Below, piece by piece: positions 1 through 63,125 of a DNA stretch of 64,000 nucleotides. The position numbers were made by a program, and so were the translations under genes. Position 1 is the first letter of the stretch, and every line of letters starts with the position of its first letter. A model generated the notes under the pieces. It had not been told where the DNA came from, made no database searches, and was given only the letters and a program-made list of their open reading frames with translations. The DNA comes from Euglena gracilis. Lineage: Eukaryota. Location of the stretch: positions 48,587,847 through 48,651,846 of the forward strand of contig CP154954.1 in NCBI GenBank assembly GCA_039621445.1, read 5' to 3'.

Positions 1-65
1 CGGGTGGGGGGGGGTTTGCTTCGGACACTGCACCCCTCGAGAGGCTGTCCCTTGCTAGCTTTTGG

Positions 66-2657
66 CTTAGGCGGCGCGAATTGCCCAAATTTTTTGCGAT
101 TTTTTGCACGCTTGGGGTGCGCGGGTTTCCGTTTACGAAACTCACTGTTATGTGCTCGAAATTTTGAGAGGATGGCACCAGCACGAAAATTTGGGTCGTT
201 AAGGGTCCATTTTAGGCATTTTGACAAAGTGGCGATATTGAGAATTTATGGTCGTTTTAGGGGGGGTTTTGGAAAACACCCCCCTGGAACGCCCTGAAAT
301 TTTGAAAAACAGAAAACAGTGGGAGAACACCTGGCCTCCGGAGTCCCGGTTGTTTGGTGAGGCTGCCGGACCCCCCCTCTGGAGGGGGGGTGACACGGTG
401 TTGCAGGTGAAGAAGAGGCAACCGCTTAAGCAACCCGCGCATTTTTGAACATCTCGTGAGTCCCGATGTCCAGTGACGGGGGAGGTGAACAGACAGCACT
501 GCCCAACAGATGCTACAATTTCTTGGAAGGGATGGTTTAGGCGGTAAACCGCACAAAATGAGTTTTTGTGATGAAGAGATGCTGGCCTAACGGAGGGGAC
601 TGGACTGGGAATAACGTTAAAAACGAGGTTAGGCGGTTTACCGCGTACAGAAGTGATGATTCCTCAGGCGGAAACCCGCGCAGAAGGGTTTGAGAATGAG
701 AACAGTTCGTGTTTGTGGATGACATATGGGAGCAGCAAGTGGGAACGCGCTGAAACCTCCAGAAGTCGGTCATCACGTGAAGTTGTTCATGAACAGGTTT
801 GGGGGAGAGGGAGGGGACTTTGAGACGTTATTGAACGATAGCAGTGCGCGGTTATCCGCCTACTTCGTTTTTAGTTTGCGCGGGTTTCCGCACAGATGAG
901 GTTTGGTTGTGATGTTTTGGTGTCCCGAAGTGTCGGTGTCAGTGGTGACGTGTGGCGACATCGTTTTTGACAGTTGGTCGGGACAGGTTGAAAGGGAGCT
1001 GTGGCTGCTGCGCCGTGACAGCAAGCAACCGAGCAGGCGGAAACCCGCCTGGCATTTGAGCAGGAGGTGGACACCCTCATCTGCAACGAGGAGGCGGTAA
1101 TGTTCCCCCTGGCCAGTGGTGAAGGGGTGGCCGCAGGGACAGCAGTGGAACGCACGTGTCAGTTGCCAGGCCGGGTGAGCTGCGGTAGAGAAGATATTTT
1201 GTTACCGTCCCGAAAAACGGCCAAAAAACTGAGGTTGATTTCTCAGGAGGAACAAAAGCACCTCCCAGAGCCCTCCTCCTGGAACCCAACGGTCTTGGTG
1301 GCCCGAAATCAGGGTTTGGGGAAGGCTGACGAAGAAGTGATTCAAGATATGGACGGAGAAACGCCTGTTTCAGCAGTTGGTGGCAGCAGTCGAACAATTT
1401 TGTAGGGTTTTGGGAAGGAGTCCTCCAGGTTCTGAGAAAATCAAGGCCTTTTCAATTGTTTTTTGAAACAGTGTTACAGCATTTCTCCTTTGAAAAGCTG
1501 CAGTTTTTGCTGAATTTCAGGCAAAATGCCCAAAGCACCTCTTTTTTCACTGGCTCTTCTTCTTTCGGGGTCGGCAACATGCCTCCGGAGGAGGCAACGG
1601 TGGTCTCCACCGTCAGAAGCCGTGTGGGAGGGGGGGTAAACCAGAAGGCGGTCGTTCTCAAACAACGCCGGGTCGATGTTTGACCCGGTGCATCTGGCTT
1701 CCATCCATCTAACCACTCTCGACACAAGTGTCTCCGGTCCTTTTGGAAACCACCCCTGCTCTGAGTGCCCAAGTTTAAGGGCTGGCCGTCTCTCCTCGGT
1801 TGGTCAACCCCTGCTGGTTCAATCTCCTCTCCCTGGTTTCCATAAACCTCCACCCCTCAAACTCACCACAACACGCCAGACGCCATTCAGTTGCAAACTG
1901 CCTGGCGACCTGGCAACAAAGTCTGTCGTTCGTGTCCTCCGCAAAGATTCACGCCTGTGACTGGTGTCACAAGTAGGGTTGCAAAACTTTGCCAACAAAC
2001 CAGCAGACTTCATTTCTAGGGTGGTTTCCATCTCCCCCCCCCCATCCCATCGTCCACAAATGCTGTGCTTTTTCTGCCCACCCTTAACCCGGCCACACGG
2101 ATTCCCGCTTACACCCAGTCGCCTTACACTCAACACGTATACACACATACCAGGCGGATTCCCTCCCACTAGTCATCAACTGTTTGTGTCATAGTACGCG
2201 GTAATCCGCGTACCATTCTTTGTTTGCACTTGTACGCGGTTATCCGCGTACAAGTGCATTCTGCGCGGATTACCGCCCAAACGTTTAACTCCGTCGTCTG
2301 ACACCTCTTGTTTCGTTTTACGCGGTTATCCGCGTACGCTTGTATTGTTCACTCGTCTCTCAAATACTGCTATTGACGTAAACCATGGACACACAGCCCC
2401 CATGTCACACCCATTCAAAGTCGGTGTTTTTCCAGCCATTTCAAACAGTTCTAGTACACTCCCAAATCACACAACTCACACGCAATCGGAAATCGGCTAA
2501 GCGGAATACCGCGCAAAACCACTTCTGTTAAATTTTGGCCCAAAGCCGCCACACACCCCTCTCAGCCCAAATCTTTTTGCCCTTTTAGGGGGGTTTTAAA
2601 ACAGCCAAAAAACGCCAAAAAACGCAAAAATCGGTTGGGCAATTCGCGCCGCCTAAG
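66..2657. mobile_element. 2.6-kb TIR DNA transposon-like element, apparently non-autonomous or degenerate
   Basis: Perfect 23-bp TIR CTTAGGCGGCGCGAATTGCCCAA (66-88) / TTGGGCAATTCGCGCCGCCTAAG (2635-2657). TTTGG lies on both sides (61-65, 2658-2662). No recognisable transposase ORF inside. Confidence 0.8.
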
Positions 2658-3757
2658 TTTGGTTTTGCAGGCGTCGTCTGGGGGGGGAGTCCACTGTCAG
2701 GCAGAAACAAGTCTGTGGTTTCGCTGACACCCTTTAAACTGAATGCAGGGGGGATCAGGGATTGACATCCACAATTTTTCCGCAAATTTCCGCGGTTTTT
2801 CTGCAATGTCCGCAATTTTCCTGCATTTTTTCCCTTCATTTTTCTGCACAAACTTGAAAACTGAAGGTGCAATGAGTTCTGGCCATTCCACAAATGATTC
2901 GCAAGGCTGGGGGTGGAACGCAAGTGCTTTTTTTTGCATTTCCTCCCAATTTTGACAAAATTTTGGCAAGTTGGCCAATTTTGATAATGCTTGTATTTTT
3001 TCCCTTTGAGTTCTGCTGGTAAATGATTTTGACTGAGAAAAATTTCGCATTTGAGCCAGATTTTTCCCTGAGACCAAACTTTTTGTCATATTTATTCGTC
3101 ATTTTTTTGGCCAACAAATCCCATAATTTTTTTCAAAAAATTGCGATAATTACAAAAATTATGTTTTTGGATTGTTTGTTGGGGAAAAATGTGAATGATT
3201 TGCTGAAAACATCCACCCATTGCAATTACAAATTGAAAAGGAAGTGAATTTTCTCCCTTTTTGTCCCTCTCCAGCAAAAGTGTGTACGTTCCCGATATTC
3301 CTGTTCCCCCCTGCTGGATGTTTTAGTGTTCTTTTCAAAGTGCATTTTCATACTCAAAAACTACCCAAATCCAACACTTTAAAATGAAATGTATTTTTTT
3401 TGTTTATTGATTGATTGCATTTGTTTTTAATGTGGTTTTTTTGCATCCCATTTCCGACAGTCCGTGCTTTTCCCTGGTGCCTGTTGCAATTGCTCTCCGA
3501 TATTTTTCTGCATGAGGAGTCCCACTGTTCTGATTTTTCACCGGGATGTGGAGAAGAAAACCCGGGACCGTCTCAGGGTCTCTAACTTGACCGAGGCGGC
3601 ACCCCCGCGACTGCACGCCCCTGCCCCCCAGCCCCGCCCCCTGCAAGGTCTGGTCCACCGGGGCTGTAATTTGTTTTGGGCCCGCCTTCCGCGAGGTGTC
3701 GCGACACCCTCCTTCTGCAGTTGAGGCAATGTGCCCCGTGGGAGGGTCCCTGCCCCC

Positions 3758-54681
<50,924 letters not shown>

Positions 54682-56350
54682 CCCCCTCCCGCGGTCCACC
54701 GGCGCGGATTGGCCTGCTTTCCAGCTGCAACCTGTGCTCCCGCCGGGTCTCCTCCCTTCTCTGGCAAAAGAATAGTTCCATTCTTGCCGCGACGACTGAC
54801 CCCATCTCACACGCCTTCTTTGTCTCCCTAATCCCGGGCGCCTGACGACGAGAACTGCTGTTTTGCCCTGCCTCCCGTCGATCACAGTGCCAGTGGTTGT
54901 TGTTTAAACCCCTCAGCGCTTCGTTTCGGTTCGCCATGTATCTGCTTTGCCAGACCTGCTCTGCCTCTCTCACTCGTCGCACCCTCACTGAGCAGTTATT
55001 CTGCGCTGGGAGACAGTTTTTGGAAGAATTCCTGTTTCAATGAACCCTTAATTTTCACCCTGGAAACATTTTATGATTTCTATTCTACGAAAATGCCGTG
55101 CAGTGAAACCCCTCCCCTGAACCATTCACCGAATTCTTTGTGGGAGAAGCTTTTTGTATGCGCATTTCTGTGTCTGTGTGTGGATCATTCTCAAAATCAC
55201 TCCCGAACCCACACTGCCAGTCAAAGTCAGACCAGGGTCAAGGGAGGGGGAACGCCCAAATGTGCTGTGTGCTACAGTGATGTGGCAGCCACCGCTCCTG
55301 TGTGGAATTGGTGCGACGGAGGGGGAGGTGAGATTTGCACCTAGTGGGCACAAAGGTCGCCAACCGCTGGTGCGTGAATGGTCTTTTCGCCGGTAGGTGG
55401 CCGAGGCTTTTCCCGGGCATTGCCATCTCTTCCCATTTGTCATTTGGTTAGTCAGGTGGTCATTTGCTGAGTGGAACCCTTCCCGGCTGGTACCAACCAA
55501 CTCAACCCTAACCCAAGCTCCTGACTGCCTGGCGAGTGCGCACAGTTCCATCGTACGAGTGGAGGAGAGCGCAGGGGCATGCCTTCACCACGACACATTA
55601 ATTGCACCCCATGTTTTTGGCAGGAGTTCAGCGGGGGGAAAGAAACAAATTGCATAATTTGCATTTTTGAATCGAAAATCAAATATTTTGAACATTTGCA
55701 TAATTTACATTTTTTGTATGATGATTTTGAAAAAAGCACATTCTTGCTTTTCTTTTGCATATTTTGACTTTCCGATTTTTTTGGGGCATTTGTACAGGCA
55801 AATTTCTCCACTTTCAGACAACTGGAAGTTGCATGCCTCACGTTTTTGGACCAATTTCATTATACCAGTAGTTGCATTATAAAATATAAGTGGAATCCAC
55901 TTGGTGAACCAACCATGTCACTTTGCAAGTTTGCACCACATTTTCTTTTAGTGTTGTATTTTGGTGCAGGTGAAATTTTTCTAAGTCCTCTCCAGCAGAA
56001 AAGTGTACGGCTCAGTGTGGAGCTGTACACTAAAAAAAAAAATGCAAGTTGCATGCAAATTCCTTTACTTAGTTAGTTTAGGAGCTCAGCTTTGGAGAGC
56101 TCCTAAAGGAATTTACCTGCTGCATTTTTTTTGCATTTTTGCACTTTTTTGCACTTTTTTGCACTTTTTTGCATTTTGAGGAGCCTTGTTGGATCCCCCC
56201 CCCTGAACGTTGTAATTTTGGGCAACTCCCCGGGGATGACAGATACAACGGACCTAAACGGTTCCCCAACTGAATCCCTCTCCCGTGCCACGGCGAATGT
56301 GTCGCACGGCTTGTGCCCCTGTCGGCCCCAGCGCTCCGGCCCATCCATCG

Positions 56351-58886
56351 ATGTCCGAGGGGGTTCCGAGCGACGAGGCCCCGGGCAGGCTGAATTTCAA
56401 GGCAAGGTCGACCCCACCCCGGGGGGGGGGGGGGGGGTGCCTGCCTGTGCATGCAGTCCACGGCAGCCAGATCTGACCTCCCAGGGGGTCGGGCACATGG
56501 CCAAGAGTGCGGGTGTCGGAGTGCGGGTGCCCTGGAGTACCTGGGCGGGCAGGCATCCCAGCCCCCGGGGGATTGCGTGTCCGCCTGGTCGTGGGATTAA
56601 AAGCAAAAAATAGGCCCGTTCTGGACTTCTGGCGCCTTCGGGGCCAGAGTGCCTTGGTCGAGTGCCCAGCCTCCCCCCCCCCCCCGGGGGGGTGGGCGAA
56701 GGCAGCCTGACCCCGGGGGGCACGGCGGACCACTGTGCCAGCCCGCCGCCAGACGCCCCCCCGCTGGAGGCCCCCGAGGCGGAGGGGCACTCCGAGGACA
56801 GCAGCGTCGGGGCCCCGGCGACGGCCGCTGCGGAGCAACCCCCGCCCCGCGCCACCGTCTTACAGGAAGGCGGCGCACGGCGTTTGGTGAGGGGTTGGGG
56901 GCATTTGGTCAGGGGACCACACGACGGCATGCATGTTCGCAAGGTCTGTTGGTCTGTTGGTTGCTGGTGGCATGTTGCAAGGTCTGTTGGTCCGTTGCTG
57001 TGTTGGCTGTGTTTGCTGTGTTGGCTGCGTTGCTGTGCGCGTTGCCTGTCGTGTTGTTGGCCCGCTGCTTGCCCCCCCCCCCTGCGCTGGGCGGGCGTGG
57101 CTGAGCGCCATCCGCAGCGGCCTCGCGCCGTCCCCCGAGGCCAAGGCCGTCGGCCGGCCCTCCGCCGGCTCCGAGCGCGACCTCGCCGCCCGGTGAGCTG
57201 CCGGCCGCGGGGCCCGGTCTCGGCACAGCCCAGTGGGCATCGGGGGATCGGGGAAGGGGCAAGTGCTGTGTGGGGGGGGGCGGCTCACCGGCCCCGGCGC
57301 GCCACGCCCGGCCAAGGGCAAGGGGCGGCGGAAGCGGGCCACGCCCGCCGCCCCGATCAACACCGCGCGGTACAAGACCCGCATGTGCATCAACTGGGAC
57401 CGGGACGCCCAGCCCCGCCACCCTGGGCCTCCGAACCGGCGTTGGCGGCCCCGCCATATTCGCCAAACCATATTCGCCCCCGCGTCGGGCGAATACGGTT
57501 TGCTGGAGCCGACGTGTGCGGCCACTGCGCAGCGCAGGCACAGCAGCCGATGGGGGTAAAGTGCGATGGGTGGGGCTCTGGCCTGTGCCCCACCCCTCAC
57601 GGGGCGGGGGCTGGCCCCGGCAAATGCCCGTACGGCCCCCGCTGCCAGTTCGCCCACGGCATGCGGGAGCTGACCCGGCACCTGAACGCCCAGCAGTACG
57701 GGGGAGAGCCCCACGACGCCGGCCACTGCCCAGGCCCCAGCCTGCCTCGCAGCCCCAGTTGGACAGAGATGTGAGAGTTCCGTAATTTGCATTTTTGTGG
57801 GGAAAAAATGCTAAATACGCTTTTTGCGTTTTTTTTGCATACTTTGCCCTTCCAATTTTCAAAAAATTCGTCGGGGGATTGCACAGAGCAATTGCTCCTG
57901 TACCAGGCCAGAACAGAAAGTTGCATGCAACCAGGCTTGTGCTTGGTCGGGTGCCTACCCCACGGGGGGGGGGGGGGGGGGGGGGCAGGCACCCCATAGC
58001 ACCCATCCGACCCCTCCCGGGGAGGGGGGGGGTGCCTGCCCATAGCAGGCACCCCCCTCCGACCTCGGCGCCAAAGGCGCCGGGGGCCCAGAAAAGGCCA
58101 TTTTCAATGAAAATTTTCTGGGTCCCCCCTGGACCCCGGGGGGTGTGCCTGCTAGGGGCAGGCACCCTACAGCACCCACCCACCCCCCTCCCCCCGGTCG
58201 GTAAGCACAAGCATGCATGCAAAACATTTCTTTAAGCCATGACCCCCCCCAATTTCCTGCCGCCCCCCCCCCAATGGTGCGGCCGCCTCCGGGACAAGGA
58301 GCAGGCGCTGTTGGGGACGTCCGAGCATTTCTGCCTTGAGGGCCAGGGGGCCGAGGTCTGCTGCCTCTGCCCCGCGCCCACTCTGCCGGAGATGCCTCCA
58401 GCGGCGTTCGCCCCACCACTGCCGCCGCCGCCGCCCCCACAAATGCTGTGTGTGCCGGCCAGCCCGGCCGTGCTTGCCATGCTTTTCCCATCCGACCCCA
58501 CCGTGGCCAAATCATCTCGGGTCCAATCCATTGATTTATTTGACACCTGTGTTTCCCCTCCTTCTGGGGGTTCGAGGATAGGTGGGTGGGTTGTGCTGCT
58601 GCCCCCAGTATCGTATGGTCTATTCTACGCCCCACCTCCTCCCCACTCATTTGATTCCCTGCCCAGGAGTTGGTCAAACTCAGCCCGGTGGAGGGGGGGT
58701 TGTCTCCCCCTGTATCAGAAGTCTGGACCCGTGTGCTTTTCTATACCATGCCATTCCCTTCACACCACACCTGCCAGAATGGGAAATTGCCAGGGACATC
58801 AATGCGCTGATTTTTGGGTGACAATTTCTCAGTGCAAAGGGGGGCTGGGTTAAGATGGGCGTACCTGTGCATATGCGTAATCATAA

Positions 58887-58982
<96 letters not shown>

Positions 58983-59008
58983 GTACATGCACATGTGTAC
59001 GTCGCGCG

Positions 59009-59047
<39 letters not shown>

Positions 59048-59667
59048 TCAAACATCAAACACCCAACCGGCAACCAAACCGGCGGCCGGGGTGCCCTCCG
59101 CTTTCCTCCCTGTACTCCGCGGGGGTGCCCCTGTCGCTGGTCAACACGACGCCCTACCCGTGCCCGCTCCCCGCGATCGGCTTTGCCCCGAGCCAGGGCG
59201 TCGCTTCATTCGAAGTGACCCCATCCCCAAGTCCAGCCAACAGACGCTTTTTTCCAGCCTGTGGCCTCCTCCCCTCATTGACAAGTTTTTATTTTTTCCA
59301 GCCGCCTGAAGGGTGGATGAGCGGTAATGGGTTTTTTGCTTTTTGGAGGCACAAAAAAATGGGTAAAAATGGGTCAGAGTGGGCTGCCAGGGCAAATTTT
59401 GGGTTAAAAAAAAAACGAAATTTTGCATAGTTGGCAGTTTTTTGCACTTTTTGCAGTTTCGATTTTTGGAACCTGTTCGACCCCAGGTCAGGCCCAATCA
59501 CAACCGCCCTGGAACCCCAATGGAGAGGGGGGGGGGGGGCAGTCAGCAGCCTTCTCCAGCCAGCCCAGGTTTTCCAGCCTCTCAGCTTGACCTCCCCCTG
59601 GTGGTGGGTCGTTAAGCGACGCCCTGCCCTGGGCTGCCTGCAGCCCCTGCCGGTGTGCGGCATTTAG
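56351..59667 (+). CDS. CCCH (C-x8-C-x5-C-x3-H, TIS11/TTP-type) zinc-finger RNA-binding protein, multi-exon
   Basis: Spliced finger [27 protein letters not shown] (intron 57407-57618). ATG 56351; exons 56351-56382, 56715-~56860, ~57250-57406, 57619-~57720, ~58275-58490, ~59120-59190, 59632-59667 (TAG). Middle boundaries uncertain. Confidence 0.85.
57932..58215. mobile_element. MITE family A copy (hAT-like), intronic
   Basis: CAGGCTTGTGCTT...TAAGCACAAGCATG; flanks CATGCAAC / CATGCAAA (7/8). Confidence 0.85.
58893..58981. repeat. (AT)n microsatellite
   Basis: Direct reading. Confidence 0.95.
59191..59631 (+). mobile_element. Intron that is itself a TIR element (family C, introner-like)
   Basis: Perfect 13-bp TIR CAGGGCGTCGCTT (59194-59206) / AAGCGACGCCCTG (59614-59626); flanking 8-mers CCCCGAGC / CCCTGGGC. 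Confidence 0.8.
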
Positions 59668-62600
59668 GCGGGCAGGGGTGGCCGGCGCGAGGTCAGTCCG
59701 TTGACCTCGGCGTCGGGGCGGCTCCCCCTCGCCTCGGCTGAAGTTGCCAGCCGGCGCCTGTACTGTAACCTCTTTCGAGGCTGGCTTATTTCCGTTGCGA
59801 AGCGAAGTTAAAATTTTTGGATCTCAAAATTGACCACCAATAGTGTGTTCCCCGAAGCCCCCTCCCCCCCTCGTATGTCCCCCGAGGAGATGGGTGGGTT
59901 GGTAACCCCTCCCCAGATGCTAAAAATACCTCTGGCCAGGAAACCCGTTCCAGGAGGTTGACCAGTGCTCGACTGCTGACCAGCAAAGTTGAAGCAAATT
60001 CAGGTCCCGGCCCGGGTTTCCGAAATCGTTCCTTGTTCTTTCTTCTTGTCGTGGAAGTGTTAAGCCATTGCCCAACTCAATTTTTGCAGAAAATTTGAAG
60101 AGGCTAGTTTGAAGGAGTAAGTCCAGGGCCAGGGGGGGACCAAAAATGTGTTTTTGCCGGGGGGTTTGGCATGTTGGCGTGAATTTTGGGAGTTTTCTTG
60201 TTCTTTTGCCTGTTCTTCTAACCAAGAAATGCACCGAAGAAATGTCGGAATGATGCGAAAATGCAAATTTTACACCAAGGAATAACTTGGGGTTTTGCTC
60301 TAAACCAGTAATTGCCCTGGGACACCTCGGCAGACGCCCCCCACAGTGCCCCAATAATTTGGACTCCTCCTTGGGGGACGCTTTCGCACCGCGTGCACCA
60401 CGTGCGAAGAATCATTCCCAAATGTGCAATTTTCACAAATTTCCGCCAGAACTCCATTTGTAGTCGATTTCAATTAATTTTGGCTGGTTTCCTGCAAATC
60501 AGCCACTTTTGGCCTCTTTTGGCTTTTTTTGCCAAACCAATTTTTTTGGAACACTTTTGGCTGTTTGTATGCATTTTTGCTCATTTACATCAATTTTTGG
60601 CTGCTTCTGGCCTGTTTTCCACATTCGTTTGGCCATTTTGGGCACCTTTCACTGCTTTTAGCCACTTTTTTATGCCCATTTTAGGCCATTTTTGGCCGTT
60701 TTGTGGCCACTACACAGATGCAGTGGCCATTGGCACAGACTCGATGAGATGTGGTGGCCAGATGATTTGGGCCAAAAAAAAAAACAGAAAACGATCAAAC
60801 TCACCCAAAAATGCTATTTTTTGGTGCAGTTTTGTAATCGATGGGCGCTTTGCGGGTGCTTTCTCTCATTCAGTCATTTTAGGTTGTAACTGATTCTTGT
60901 CACACGGTGCCACATGGTGCACGTGGCGGAAGCTTCCCCTTGGCTTTCCTCATTCTCTAATTTTCTAAAAATAAAAATGATCATGTGAAGCAAAAAAACC
61001 GGGATGTTTTGCTCTTGACCAAATACCGCCTTTTTTGTTATTTTTTTCTCAATGACATAAGATTAATCTATAAATTATTTAATAGTAGTATTATTATTTT
61101 ATTTCTGATGGGAAGTGATTTCGACTCAAAATAATTACTCCATTTGGGCACCTTTTTTTTCCTGGGACCAAACTTTTCCTCCTGAATTTGCATTTTTAAT
61201 AATTTTTGGCCAACAATTTGCTTCCTTTGAGAATCAACATGTTCAAAACCACAAAAGAACATAATTTTTGACCGTATTGTTACACCTAGACTTGCATTTA
61301 AGCTCGTGCGCCTTTCTTTGCGCAACTGGGCAAACGGAGTGACTTGTTTACATTTCGATTCTCGGCAAAAAAAAAAGTTATATTTACCCCTTTTTTGATG
61401 GTTTGGGGACAGGGAGGTGGTCTGGGTTTGGGTGGGGTCCCCACCCACCCACCCACCACACACCCGAAGGAGCAGAGGTTGGCACTGAAGTTGGCCTCAG
61501 CGCTCGCACATTTGCCCAACCTCCGTGCCGGCCCTCCGCCGTCGCTCCCGCCCGCCCCGCTGCCCGCCGGGGGTGCCTCTCCCGTCAGGCACCGCCCGGT
61601 GATCACTGGGTCACACGTGACGTGCCTGCCTCCTTTCTGGCAGGGCGTTGCTGCCATCGGAAGGCTCGGCCCACCATTTTGTGCTTTCGGGATGGACCAG
61701 GTGAAAATAGAACAGTTCAAATGGCTCAACTCCCGTGGTATGGTTTTGAACAATTGTGTGGATTTCTTTCAAAGTTGATCCGATTCATACGAGCGACGTC
61801 GGATCCGGGGGGGGGGGGGCAGGTTTGGAGCCGAAGTCAGGTGCAATTGGATAGCAACCCGTCTGTCGGTAATGCGTAGGAACAAAGTGGTCGCCGGGTT
61901 TGTAAATGCTGTCCCTTAAGGTTGACCCCCTTCCATCACATCCTGGCGTGAACCAATCGCTGGGGGGGTTACCCTTGACATGAAACCACCCCTGGGCCAA
62001 ACGGCAAAGCTGCATCTATATTACGCCTTATAGAGAGCAAATAATAACAGCCGGACAAAATGTGCTGCCAGGTATTTAAGAAAGACATAACCAAGCATTT
62101 TTCCCCCTGCTGCTCATCCCATAGTTCTATTTCCTGGTTCTGGGTGACTGGGTATGTCGGCTTCAGGACATAAATTGTTTTACGGTACAGTAACTAACCC
62201 AAGAAATGGTCAGTCGTTTCAGGAGGCTCCCTCCTGAAATGACCTCCAGGTCGGAATTTTTTCATTTCCCCACCGAGTGCAAAGCAATGACCCCCGGTGT
62301 GCCCTCGGTTTATGCCCTCGCTGTACAGCCAACCAGCTGGATCTCATCAATTCCCACGTTTCCGGAGTGGAGGGAGTGGGGCAGCAACCAGCCCAAGCCT
62401 CGGCAACCCCTGAACCCTGCCTGACCTTTTGTTGCCCGGCGGTTGGTCGGACCGCGTCCGGCCGGCTGCTGACTGGCAGTTGTAGGGTGCGGGGGGCGCG
62501 CGCCCCTCGGAAACCGATGCGCACGCTGACCTTTGGATAACCGCTCCGCGGCGTTCTTTCCCGTGTCCAGGTGTGTGTGTGGCGTTGCCTGACCTGGTGA

Positions 62601-62736
62601 CTAACTCAGCAGAGACACACCAGGGGTGGATTCCGCCCCCTTCGTCACACGCCTTTTGCCCGCCAGATGCCAAAGCTGTCTTTGCCACCCTCAAACACAC
62701 ATGCCTACACTGCCACACACTCACGCTCACCACACC

Positions 62737-63125
<389 letters not shown>

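Noticed and set aside
248-2194. Transposase CDS inside the TIR element
   Set aside because: Only short ORFs on both strands and no DDE or zinc-finger motif I can support.
2194-2335. Regularly spaced palindromes resembling CRISPR or REP repeats
   Set aside because: Irregular spacing, short core; better explained as subterminal motifs of the TIR element.
61500-62562. GC-rich segments (~61500-61620, ~61860-62010, ~62430-62562) that may be exons of a third, possibly minus-strand gene
   Set aside because: No recognisable motif, and frame and splice junctions could not be fixed.
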